Below are positions 28,887 to 38,198 of a DNA stretch of 64,000 bases, one piece after another (position 1 is the first letter of the stretch; each line of letters starts with the position of its first letter). The position numbers and the translations under genes are program-made. The notes below the pieces were generated by a model. That model had not been told where the DNA came from. It made no database searches and saw nothing but the letters and a program-made list of their open reading frames with translations. The DNA is from Candidatus Heimdallarchaeota archaeon (lineage in GTDB: Archaea; Asgardarchaeota; Heimdallarchaeia; Hodarchaeales; Hodarchaeaceae). Location of the stretch: NCBI GenBank assembly GCA_048881705.1, contig JBHLSH010000008.1, positions 1-64,000 on the forward strand, written 5' to 3'.

Positions 28887-29352
28887 TGATATTTACCAAC
28901 GGTTTCAGACTTTGAACCATCACAAAAAGCCCGATCTAGGTTTGAACATTCAAACATTGTTTCTACATAAGGTTGACGTTCTTTATTTGTCATGAGAGGG
29001 GTTTCCAACTGAAATTTACATGAAGCAATCAAAATTCGATTCGTTATTACAATTCTGGTTTACATATCTTTGTGTAATTATAGTTAACAGAAGTAATCTC
29101 CGAAATTCGCTTTTGTGTACATGTCGATTCTTCTCATACTGCTGGGGCCACTATAATTGGACTATTTGAGAACTATGTCCTCTAGCCATGTATTTGTGAA
29201 CAATTTGTACCTCTATGGTTCATCCGAGCTACATTGAATCCATCCAACCCGTTAAGAAGCCAAAATAGAAAAAACAGTTGCCCCCCTGAATTGGGGACAA
29301 CGAGCAATCAAGTTGGAGAATTCACCAGGGGCCAATTGTGAAACTTATGGTT

Positions 29353-31080
29353 TTAGTCCTTTTTTTTCGATTTCTGGCCGAAGAAAGCTTTTTTGCCCAT
29401 GATGATGGCTAGTGCAATCATCACCAGCGGGAACTCAAAGCTCGGAGTGGTTTGTCCAGGTACTGGGTATCCTGCTTCGTCTAAGAGTTGTTTAGCTTTC
29501 TCAACGTCTTGTTCGTAGCTCACATTACCCTGTTGAACTCCGTAGGCGTTGGGCGCCATCATGGTATCAATCATGGGGGATCCATAACCTGAATAAAGCG
29601 TTTCAACCATTTTTGTTTGATTGACGGCGTAGTTCAGTGCTTGTCTCACTTTTCTGTTTTTAAAGATCTCAAAATCGTGATTCAGACCAATATGCATCAT
29701 ACGAACTGAAGCTGCTTTGATCATGTAGACTTCGGGATCAGCCATTAATGTGTCAACAGCTGTTGTCGGGGCCTGATGGATGTAGTCTACATCGCCAGCT
29801 AATAATGCTGTAACCCGCGATGCGGAATCGGTGATTTTCTTCATGATAACAGTCTGAAAAGCAGGTTTCTTACCCCAATAGTTTTCATTTCGTTGCAGTG
29901 TTATGTGATCGCCTTTCACCCATTCTACAAATTTGTATGGACCTGTACCAGAGGGGTCAGTCTGAAAATCTTCAGCAGGTACAGTCTCATTAGCCTTATG
30001 CAGAGCATCGCATCGTGTTTTTGAAACGATTTCTGATGGCTGATAGTTGAAGAAGGGCATAAGGGCAGCGAATCCGATTGTTTCAACCTTCACCTGATAC
30101 TTGGAGAGAACCGTAATATTCTTTATTGGGCCTGAAGGAGGACCAAATGAGGTTGACGCCAAAGCGCCGCTGTTAGGAGAAGCTAAGCGATCCCAGAGGG
30201 TATATTTGACATCCTCCGCGGTAAGTTCACTGCCATCATGGAAATATACCCCTTGACGTATATTGATGGTCCAGTTCTCTGCGTTGCTGTCGGTCGACCA
30301 GGATTCTGCTAGGACAGGTACTACATCGCCCGTTTCCTGATCTAGTTTCACTAGCGTTTCACAAACAAGACGTACGATTCCAAGATTTGACATTCCAGAA
30401 GTATGTTGCGGATCAAACTTGACTGGCTCTGTTCCCAGGGATAACGTAAGAGTATTGTTTGACGTTTCTGAATAGGCATCAAATATATCAACCGATTCGT
30501 CGTGGTAGGTGGTGATACCTTTTACTGATTTTGCTGCATGGAGATTAGGTTCGATTGCAAGAAATATCCAGGGAGCATCGGTCATAACGATGTCATTCAT
30601 TTCTTCATAGAGTTGCATTAAGCTGACTTCGTTGGCTTCCTTACGGGATTGAACGAAAAGGTCATCAAAGTGTGTATTATTGTAGAAGAGAGGCTCTAAT
30701 CCTCGCTGGGAGATGAAATTCTTTAACGCCCCATCGGCATTCATCCAAGGGTTTCCAAAACCGACAAACCATGCCTGATAATCTCCTACTAATTTTGTTC
30801 GATTCGATTCCCTCTGAGCCGCCGCAAAAGAAGCCCAATCATGGGATTCTATCTTCATATTGATGTCCACTTCGGCCAGGAATGACTGAACGGCTTCTAT
30901 TATCTGTTGGTCCATAGCGTAGCGTCCTGCGCCGTAGAATAAAGTAAATTCGAATCTATAGTCCGCCGCTTTGACTGGCACTGTAGAAGCGTAGGGTACC
31001 AACAGCAAGAGCGCTAGGCCCCCTATTTTTAGGTACGAAAATCCTATTTTCCTTCTATTAAACGGCAATACCGTCTTCAC
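29353..31080 (-). CDS. dppA: Family-5 ABC substrate-binding protein, circularly permuted, with C-terminal membrane anchor
   Basis: All family-5 motifs are present (EPVKFDP, ETLV, PVLAESW, FHDG..TAEDV, GTGPYKF, VRQALNYA, EKAKQLLDEAG), but the normally C-terminal third comes first in the chain. Confidence 0.9.
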   Translation of the reverse strand: MKTVLPFNRRKIGFSYLKIGGLALLLLVPYASTVPVKAADYRFEFTLFYGAGRYAMDQQIIEAVQSFLAEVDINMKIESHDWASFAAAQRESNRTKLVGDYQAWFVGFGNPWMNADGALKNFISQRGLEPLFYNNTHFDDLFVQSRKEANEVSLMQLYEEMNDIVMTDAPWIFLAIEPNLHAAKSVKGITTYHDESVDIFDAYSETSNNTLTLSLGTEPVKFDPQHTSGMSNLGIVRLVCETLVKLDQETGDVVPVLAESWSTDSNAENWTINIRQGVYFHDGSELTAEDVKYTLWDRLASPNSGALASTSFGPPSGPIKNITVLSKYQVKVETIGFAALMPFFNYQPSEIVSKTRCDALHKANETVPAEDFQTDPSGTGPYKFVEWVKGDHITLQRNENYWGKKPAFQTVIMKKITDSASRVTALLAGDVDYIHQAPTTAVDTLMADPEVYMIKAASVRMMHIGLNHDFEIFKNRKVRQALNYAVNQTKMVETLYSGYGSPMIDTMMAPNAYGVQQGNVSYEQDVEKAKQLLDEAGYPVPGQTTPSFEFPLVMIALAIIMGKKAFFGQKSKKKD

Positions 31081-31334
31081 CTCGTCATTTTACTTTGATT
31101 CTGCACGAAATATCTATTACAGGTATTAGACGACCTATGTAGTTCCAATATTTAGGCCGTTTAGACCTGTATAAGTTAACAAATATTTTCGACAGATCGC
31201 CACTTCCTAATACTATCCACATAATAAACTTTCTGTCTGTTAAACCGATACTTATATACACTTAATAAAAAATAAAAAATGGCAGTCATTATTAAGAAAT
31301 CTCTAAAATTAGGATCCATAATGGAGGATAAAAA

Positions 31335-32387
31335 TTGATCACTCGTGAAGAATACCTCAAGATACCGCTTAAAGAGCGATTCATAAAGCTGGATAAGGTG
31401 GAAGAAGAACGTGCGGAAGAATTGCATAGAAAAATAATAACTATTGATTTACACAGCCACATTTTATGGGGAAATTATTTTATTCTGCCCCGTATTATGA
31501 ATTCTGGCGTTTCAGGCTTTGTTGAAGCAGTTCCGGGAGTTTTTGGAGATTTTGATGTAGCAATGGCCTATCTAGGTCAGTTTCTTTTCCGCGTGAACAA
31601 ACATAAGGAATTTACGCCCGTATATCAAGCTCAGGACTTTAGGAAGGCCAAGAAGGATAAAAAGATTGGAGTAATGTTCCAACTAGAACCCCAGCCGTTT
31701 GGAAGGAATCTAGACAATGTTGATATAGCCTATGGTCATGGTATCCGGATGGCCCTTCTGACGTTCAATAGCCGCAATTATGTAGGCGATGGTTGTGGTG
31801 AAAGGACGGATGAAGGACTAAGTTACTTCGGTTTAGACCTAGTGGAGCGAATGAACAATGTTGGGATGATGATTGACTTATCCCATGTGGGTGTCAAGAC
31901 GACGTTAGATACGATTGAAAATTCCAAAGATCCTGTAATGTGTAACCATGTAGGGGCACGATCTTTGTATCCGCAATGCAAGCGAATTAAAACAGACGAG
32001 GAACTCAAAGCTCTTGCTGAAAAAGACGGAGTAGCTGGTGTTTCCGCCATTCCCAATCAGTTAAGCGGCGATAAGGAGCAAGGGATAGAGAATCTCCTTG
32101 ATCACGTCGATTACATGGTTAACCTTATAGGTATTAATCACGTAGCAATAGGATTAGATAACGTTTTTGGTGATCAAGTCGAATCCCATCGCAGATCAGC
32201 CCAAACGGTTTTCAAAATTTCGTACATTGGCCAGGAACTAAATGCACCCTTCATGTGGGGAATAGAGAGTCCTGAGGAGTGGCCTAATATCACACGAGGA
32301 CTTGTCCAGAGAGGTTATTCGGACGAAGAAATCGAAAAGATACTAGGTGAGAATTCCCTAAAGCTCATGGAGAGGGTCATTGGATAA
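31335..32387 (+). CDS. Membrane dipeptidase (peptidase M19)-like protein, copy 1 (type A)
   Basis: DLHSH, FQLEP, GDGCGER, IDLSHVG, NHVG and GLDN motifs. Confidence 0.9.
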   Translation: MITREEYLKIPLKERFIKLDKVEEERAEELHRKIITIDLHSHILWGNYFILPRIMNSGVSGFVEAVPGVFGDFDVAMAYLGQFLFRVNKHKEFTPVYQAQDFRKAKKDKKIGVMFQLEPQPFGRNLDNVDIAYGHGIRMALLTFNSRNYVGDGCGERTDEGLSYFGLDLVERMNNVGMMIDLSHVGVKTTLDTIENSKDPVMCNHVGARSLYPQCKRIKTDEELKALAEKDGVAGVSAIPNQLSGDKEQGIENLLDHVDYMVNLIGINHVAIGLDNVFGDQVESHRRSAQTVFKISYIGQELNAPFMWGIESPEEWPNITRGLVQRGYSDEEIEKILGENSLKLMERVIG

Positions 32388-32484
32388 AAAGATGAGGTAC
32401 CGTATCCGATATTGGCTTTGACTGTAGAAAACCTGAAAAAAAGCTGAAAATTGACCAACCGGAATCTGGAAGAAGGTTTAAAAC

Positions 32485-33546
32485 ATGATTTCACGAGAAG
32501 AATACCTGAAGCTTCCTCTTGAAGAACGTTACATCAAATTGGATGCTTCTGAGAAGGAAAGAGCCGAGGAGCTCTTTGAAAAATCGATCACAGTGGACTT
32601 ACATACCCATATCTTTGGCAGTGTATTTTTTGAATATGAATACGAACAGGTACGGCAAATGGGAGTTGATGGACTGTTTGAGGCGGTACCTTGCCTCTCA
32701 GAGGACTTTTTAGAATCCATGAAAATCCTTGGAAGGTACAAAAGCATCACAATGAAGGAACCTGGACTGATTCCAGCCTACACCGCTGCTGATGTGGAAA
32801 AAGCGAAAAAAGAAGGAAAACAGGCAGTTTTATTCCAGCTAGAGCCCCATACATTCAAAAGGAACCCAGATTTAGTTGAAGTGGCCTATGGATTGGGCAT
32901 TAGAATGGCGCTTCTCACCTTCAACTCAAGGAATTACCAGGGAGACGGATGTTCGGAAAGAACAAACGGGGGGCTTAGCTATCTCGGCATGGACCTGATA
33001 GAGAGAATGAATAAAATAGGAATGATGGTAGATCTCTCTCATGTGGGGATTCAAACAACATTGGATGCAATAGAGCATTCAAAAGATCCAGTTCTCTTAA
33101 ATCATACAGGTGCCCGGGTTTTAAATCCACCAGTTCTTCGACTAAAACCTGATGAGCCCTTGAAAGCGGTGGCAGAAAAAGGTGGGCTTATAGGTATCTC
33201 TGCCATTCCTAATCAACTTTCCAGTCAGAAAAAGCAAGGTATTGATGATTTACTCAACCACCTAGACTACTGCATCAAATTGGTTGGAATTAATCATGTG
33301 GCAATAGGCCTTGATAATGTCTTTAGAGACCAAGTAGCCGGACACAAGAAACAACAAGCGAAAAACATGGTAAACTTCGCTCGATCAGGAATTGTCCTTG
33401 CGGCCGATTACATGTGGGGGATAGAATCTCCAGGTGAATGGCCCAATATTGTTCGTGGATTGGTAAAGAGAGGCTACTCAGACTCCGAAATCAAGAAAAT
33501 CATTGGTGAAAACGCCCTAAGGGTCATGAGAAAAATCATAGGGTGA
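32485..33546 (+). CDS. Peptidase M19-like protein, copy 2 (type B)
   Basis: DLHTH, FQLEP, GDGCSER, DLSHVG, NHTG and GLDN motifs. Confidence 0.9.
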   Translation: MISREEYLKLPLEERYIKLDASEKERAEELFEKSITVDLHTHIFGSVFFEYEYEQVRQMGVDGLFEAVPCLSEDFLESMKILGRYKSITMKEPGLIPAYTAADVEKAKKEGKQAVLFQLEPHTFKRNPDLVEVAYGLGIRMALLTFNSRNYQGDGCSERTNGGLSYLGMDLIERMNKIGMMVDLSHVGIQTTLDAIEHSKDPVLLNHTGARVLNPPVLRLKPDEPLKAVAEKGGLIGISAIPNQLSSQKKQGIDDLLNHLDYCIKLVGINHVAIGLDNVFRDQVAGHKKQQAKNMVNFARSGIVLAADYMWGIESPGEWPNIVRGLVKRGYSDSEIKKIIGENALRVMRKIIG

Positions 33547-33590
33547 TAAAGGGCAGTAATGAATACTTGGGAAGGTTAAGAGGCGTTGAG

Positions 33591-34643
33591 ATGATTCCAC
33601 TCCAAGAATATCTGAATCGTCCCCTGAAAGAGCGCTTTATCAAATTGGATAAAGCTGAGGAAGAACGTGCAGAGGAACTCTATGAACAGTTTATTACGAT
33701 AGAGCTTCACAGTCACATCCTTCCCGATGAGGATTTTATTGTTCCTCGGATTAAAAATTCAGGGGTAAATGGCTTTTTCGAAGCCATTGCTGCCATAAAC
33801 GAGAATTTTCACGATTCAATGGTTACTCTTGGATATCTGCTCAAGCGTGTCATCAAACATCCAGATTTTATACCTGCATTCGGAGCTGGAGACTTCAGAA
33901 AAGCAAAGAATGAGGGGAAACAGGCTATTATGTTCCAACTGGAACCTCAAACTTTCGGAACAGATCTGGGTCGGGTAGACATCGCCTATGGTTTGGGAAT
34001 AAGGATGGCCCTTCTTTCATTCAATACCCGTACGTACGCGGGTGATGGTTGCGGAGAGAGAACCAACGAAGGGCTAAGTTATTTTGGATTAGACCTAGTG
34101 GAACGAATGAACAAAGTTGGGATGATGATAGATCTTTCTCATGTAGGGATTCAAACCACCTTGGACGTTGTCGAGGCATCCAGACATCCTGTTTTGGCTA
34201 ATCATGTGGGAGCACGTGAATTATATAAACAAAGTAAACGGTTGAAGACAGATGAGGAACTTAAAGCGATTGCAGAGAAGGGGGGTTTGGTTGGAGTTTC
34301 TGCAATACCCAATCAGCTAAGCGGAAAAGAAGAACAAAGTATCCATGACTTACTGGATCACGTGGACTACATTGCTGACTTGATTGGGGTAGAGCATGTA
34401 GGAATTGGACTTGACAATGTCTTTGAAGATCAAGTGGAATATCACCGCAGGGCAGCAAAATCGATTTTCAAATTGGAACATACGGGACAGGAACTTAATG
34501 CTCCTTATATGTGGGGGATTGAAAGCCCTGAGGAGTGGCCTAACATCGTTCGTGGACTGGTTCAGAGAGGATATTCCGATTCGGAAATCGAGAGGATTTC
34601 GGGACTTAATTCACTAAAACTTATCGAAAGGATTATTGGCTAA
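33591..34643 (+). CDS. Peptidase M19-like protein, copy 3 (type A)
   Basis: ELHSH, FQLEP, DLSHVG, NHVG and GLDN motifs. The ATG at 33591 aligns with the paralog starts. Confidence 0.9.
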   Translation: MIPLQEYLNRPLKERFIKLDKAEEERAEELYEQFITIELHSHILPDEDFIVPRIKNSGVNGFFEAIAAINENFHDSMVTLGYLLKRVIKHPDFIPAFGAGDFRKAKNEGKQAIMFQLEPQTFGTDLGRVDIAYGLGIRMALLSFNTRTYAGDGCGERTNEGLSYFGLDLVERMNKVGMMIDLSHVGIQTTLDVVEASRHPVLANHVGARELYKQSKRLKTDEELKAIAEKGGLVGVSAIPNQLSGKEEQSIHDLLDHVDYIADLIGVEHVGIGLDNVFEDQVEYHRRAAKSIFKLEHTGQELNAPYMWGIESPEEWPNIVRGLVQRGYSDSEIERISGLNSLKLIERIIG

Positions 34644-34739
34644 TAAAAAGTATTATTTTGATTAGCAGGGAATCTTGCCATAAGGAATTGAAAGTTAAAA
34701 TTTGATAGGAATATAAAAACAAACTAGGAGGTAAAAAAC

Positions 34740-35810
34740 GTGTTATCTTACGAAGAATATCTGAAGCTTCCTCTTGAAGAACGTTACATCAAACTGGATG
34801 CTTCTGAGAAAGATAGAGCTGAGAAGCTCTTTGAAGAATCGATCGCCGTGGACTTGCACACCCATATCTTTGGAAGCGTTCACTTCGAGTGGGATAACCA
34901 CCTATACGAACGGGTTCGCAATTCTGGCATTAATGTTTGCTTCGAAGCAGTACCTTGTCTATCAGAGCGTTTTTCAGAATCGGTGGAGCAATTGGGCAGG
35001 TATCTAGCAATTACAGTGAAAGAACCAGGTTTAACTCCAGCGTACAATTTGAACGATGTGAAAAAAGCAAAAAAAGAAGGAAAACAGGCGGTAATGTTTC
35101 AAATGGAACCACAATCATTTAGGAGGAACTTGGATCTAGTAGATGTAGCGTACGGTCTGGGATTTCGGATGGCACTCTTGACATTTAATACACGAAATTA
35201 TATCGGAGATGGATGTTCTGAAAGAACAAATTCCGGGTTGAGCTATATGGGATTGGAACTTGTTGACAGACTTAACAGGGCGGGAATGATGATAACATTA
35301 TCCCACTGTGGTACTCAGACTGCTCTGGATGCAATTGAACATTCAAAAGATCCTTGTCTCTTCAACCATACAGGTGCACGAGCATTAAATCCAAAAGTTG
35401 GGCGCTTACGCACAGATGAGGAGTTGAAAGCTATTGCAGAAAAGGGAGGAGTTGTTGGAATATCTGCTATTCCAAACCAGCTTTCATTGGAGAAGAAACA
35501 GGGCATCGAGGATCATTTGAACCATATAGACTATATTGTAAACCTCATCGGAATAAATCACGTTGGTATTGGCTTGGATAATACTTTCCATGATCAGGTT
35601 GGATTTCATCGGAAGTTGGCTGCTAGTAAAGAAATCAATCTTGAACGGACTGGAATCGTACTTGCCGCTGATTACATGTGGGGTTTGGAAAGCCCTGAAG
35701 AATGGCCGAATATTATTCGTGGTTTGGTCAAGAGAGGGTACTCTGACACCGAGATTGAAAAAATAATCGGTGGAAATGCCCTTAGGATCATTGAGAAGGT
35801 CATTGGATAG
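34740..35810 (+). CDS. Peptidase M19-like protein, copy 4 (type B)
   Basis: DLHTH, FQMEP, TLSHCG, NHTG and GLDN motifs. Confidence 0.9.
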   Translation: MLSYEEYLKLPLEERYIKLDASEKDRAEKLFEESIAVDLHTHIFGSVHFEWDNHLYERVRNSGINVCFEAVPCLSERFSESVEQLGRYLAITVKEPGLTPAYNLNDVKKAKKEGKQAVMFQMEPQSFRRNLDLVDVAYGLGFRMALLTFNTRNYIGDGCSERTNSGLSYMGLELVDRLNRAGMMITLSHCGTQTALDAIEHSKDPCLFNHTGARALNPKVGRLRTDEELKAIAEKGGVVGISAIPNQLSLEKKQGIEDHLNHIDYIVNLIGINHVGIGLDNTFHDQVGFHRKLAASKEINLERTGIVLAADYMWGLESPEEWPNIIRGLVKRGYSDTEIEKIIGGNALRIIEKVIG

Positions 35811-35846
35811 AGAAAACGAGAAGCTTGTCTACAAGGAGAATTCAGG

Positions 35847-36899
35847 ATGATAACGCGTGATGAATATCTAAAAATTCCCCTAGAAGAACGATTTATAAAA
35901 CTGGACAAGGTACAAGAGGAACGAGTCGAACAAATCTACGAGAGGTACATATTTATTGAAATGCACTCACACATTCTCAATGATGAATACTTCATTGTTC
36001 CTCGAATAAAGAACTCCCGAATAAACGGGTTTGTCGAGGCGGTTGCGGCGATACACGAGGAGTTCAACACATCAATGGATAGACTCGGTTATTTTCTTAA
36101 TCGGGTTCTCCATCATCCTGAATTTACCCCTGCATTTCAGGTTAAGGATTTTAGAAAAGCCAGGGATGAAAATAAGCAAGCAGTGATGTTTCAGCTGGAA
36201 CCTCAAACCTTCGGAAAGGATTTAGAAAACGTGGACATTGCTTTTGGGCAGGGAATCAGGATGGCGCTTCTGGCTTTCAATACTAGAACATATGCCGGAG
36301 ACGGTTGTGGAGAAAGAACTAATGCCGGTTTGAGTTACTTTGGCCTGGATCTCGTTGAGAGAATGAACAAAGTTGGCATGCTGATAGATCTCTCTCATGT
36401 TGGTATTCAGACAACTTTGGATACCATTGAACATTCTAAGGATCCAGTTTTGTGCAATCATGTAGGCGCACGAGCTTTATATCAGCAGTGTAAGCGATTA
36501 AAGACAGATGAAGAACTAAAAGCCTTGGCTGAAAAGGGAGGCCTAGCCGGCGTTTCAGCCATTCCTAATCAGCTTAGTGGAGAGCCCGAACAAGGTATTG
36601 ATACTCTATTGGATCATTTGGAATATATGGTTGATCTGATTGGGATAAACCATGTTGGTATCGGTTTAGATAATACATTTGGAGATCAAGTTGCAGGACA
36701 TAGGAAATTCGACAAAACACTGTTTAAGCTTGATTATGTGGGTCAGGAGCTCAATGCACCTTTCATGCATGGCATTGAAAGCCCAGAGGAATGGCCCAAT
36801 ATAACGCGGGGACTAGTATTCAGAGGATATTCGGATCAAGAGATAGAGAAGGTGGTCGGAAAAAACGCTCTCAACCTCATGGGAAGAGTAATTGGATAG
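35847..36899 (+). CDS. Peptidase M19-like protein, copy 5 (type A)
   Basis: EMHSH, FQLEP, DLSHVG, NHVG and GLDN motifs. Confidence 0.9.
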   Translation: MITRDEYLKIPLEERFIKLDKVQEERVEQIYERYIFIEMHSHILNDEYFIVPRIKNSRINGFVEAVAAIHEEFNTSMDRLGYFLNRVLHHPEFTPAFQVKDFRKARDENKQAVMFQLEPQTFGKDLENVDIAFGQGIRMALLAFNTRTYAGDGCGERTNAGLSYFGLDLVERMNKVGMLIDLSHVGIQTTLDTIEHSKDPVLCNHVGARALYQQCKRLKTDEELKALAEKGGLAGVSAIPNQLSGEPEQGIDTLLDHLEYMVDLIGINHVGIGLDNTFGDQVAGHRKFDKTLFKLDYVGQELNAPFMHGIESPEEWPNITRGLVFRGYSDQEIEKVVGKNALNLMGRVIG

Positions 36900-36952
36900 T
36901 CAAAATAGCACGGATATATCCATACCTGGCTAGTTTGAGGAATAAAAATACA

Positions 36953-38176
36953 ATGGAACGTGATCTTGTACTCATTCTGATTGCGGGTTTTGCCTACAGT
37001 ACCATGCTTGGGCTCCTAAATCCAACAGTTCCCTTGTCCGCAAGTGCGCTGGGGGCCTCAACGGCTTTATTGGGAATCCTCCTTAGTTCTAGAGCAATTG
37101 TACAAACCGGGTTACGCGTCCCTCTTGGGCAGGGTGCTGATAGATACGGTTGGAGACGAATATTTTTGGTCGCATTCGTTCTTGGTGTCGCTTCAGGGGG
37201 TACTTTCTTCTTTGGTGTTGTGAGAGAGGACGTCTTTCTGTTTTTTCCGGCTTTAATGCTATGGGGAATGACAAATGCCTCATTCAGAACCACTGAACAA
37301 GGTTACATATCAGGCATTGGAGGAATGGGGGTAAATCGGACCCAGCTGATCGGGCGATATCTTGCCATTACTGGAGTCGGCCAGCTAGTAGGTCCTCCGC
37401 TCGCAGGTTTTCTGATAGAGGGTTGGGATTTTGGAGTAGTTTATTTGATGTTCACGTTATTGGCTCTTATAGGCCTTTTATCAATGTTTTTTCTTTCCGA
37501 GGGAGATTTAATAGCAGATGAGAACAAAGAAATTCAGGAAGGAGTGAATGAGGATTTAGGACTCTTCAGGAGCTATTCGCGTGCCTTTCAATTAATCCGA
37601 TCTGATAGAACCCTAGCAATTGCCACTTCTTGCGGTTTCTTTATGACCTTAAGCTTCGGGGTAGGGCTTTCTTTCCATCCAATCTTTTTGCGGGATTTGG
37701 GACTTGCATCTTTCGAGATTGGGCTTCTCCTGGCCGCTAGAGACATCAGTTCAATTATTAGTCGCCTATTTGCAGGTAACTTCTCATTGAGACTAGGGAA
37801 CCTGTTTACGGTCTTTTTAGGGATTTTTTGCGTGGGTATTGGAATAACGATGATTCCCTCGCTAAAAGATCCTCTACTGGCAATAATCCCTTTATGTGCA
37901 ACAGGATTTGGATTTGGTATCTTTTGGCCAGCCGTCGTCTCCCTAATAGCTGCTAACACGGAAAAAGCTAAACGAGGTTTGGCTATCGGCGTTCTAGGGA
38001 CAGGTTTTACAACAGGTTTTTCAGTGGGGTCGATTATCTTTGGGATTATTGCTGATATATTTTCAAATCTAGATTATGCATTCACGTATGGCGGAATATG
38101 TACATTAATAGGATTTACGTTAATTATAGTCTATTTTTATTTCAAAAGAGATCTATATTCCCAAATTAATCTTTAG
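36953..38176 (+). CDS. MFS transporter
   Basis: 12 TM helices, motif A GQGADRYGWRR and GQLVGPPLAG. The start is placed at the ATG at 36953. Confidence 0.92.
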   Translation: MERDLVLILIAGFAYSTMLGLLNPTVPLSASALGASTALLGILLSSRAIVQTGLRVPLGQGADRYGWRRIFLVAFVLGVASGGTFFFGVVREDVFLFFPALMLWGMTNASFRTTEQGYISGIGGMGVNRTQLIGRYLAITGVGQLVGPPLAGFLIEGWDFGVVYLMFTLLALIGLLSMFFLSEGDLIADENKEIQEGVNEDLGLFRSYSRAFQLIRSDRTLAIATSCGFFMTLSFGVGLSFHPIFLRDLGLASFEIGLLLAARDISSIISRLFAGNFSLRLGNLFTVFLGIFCVGIGITMIPSLKDPLLAIIPLCATGFGFGIFWPAVVSLIAANTEKAKRGLAIGVLGTGFTTGFSVGSIIFGIIADIFSNLDYAFTYGGICTLIGFTLIIVYFYFKRDLYSQINL

Positions 38177-38198
38177 AGCGAACGATTTAGGTGATCGT

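Noticed and set aside
31176-31427. 83-aa hydrophobic ORF in the dppA/dipeptidase divergent region
   Set aside because: It overlaps the first dipeptidase and an AT-rich promoter region. A 47-aa version from 31319 is possible but unsupported.
18863-36899. Longest-ORF starts given in the track for several genes (20131, 23429, 25877, 26826, 33543, and 36791 for the MFS)
   Set aside because: The extensions overlap neighbouring genes or lack family similarity. Downstream starts with SD-like motifs match family or paralog N-termini better.
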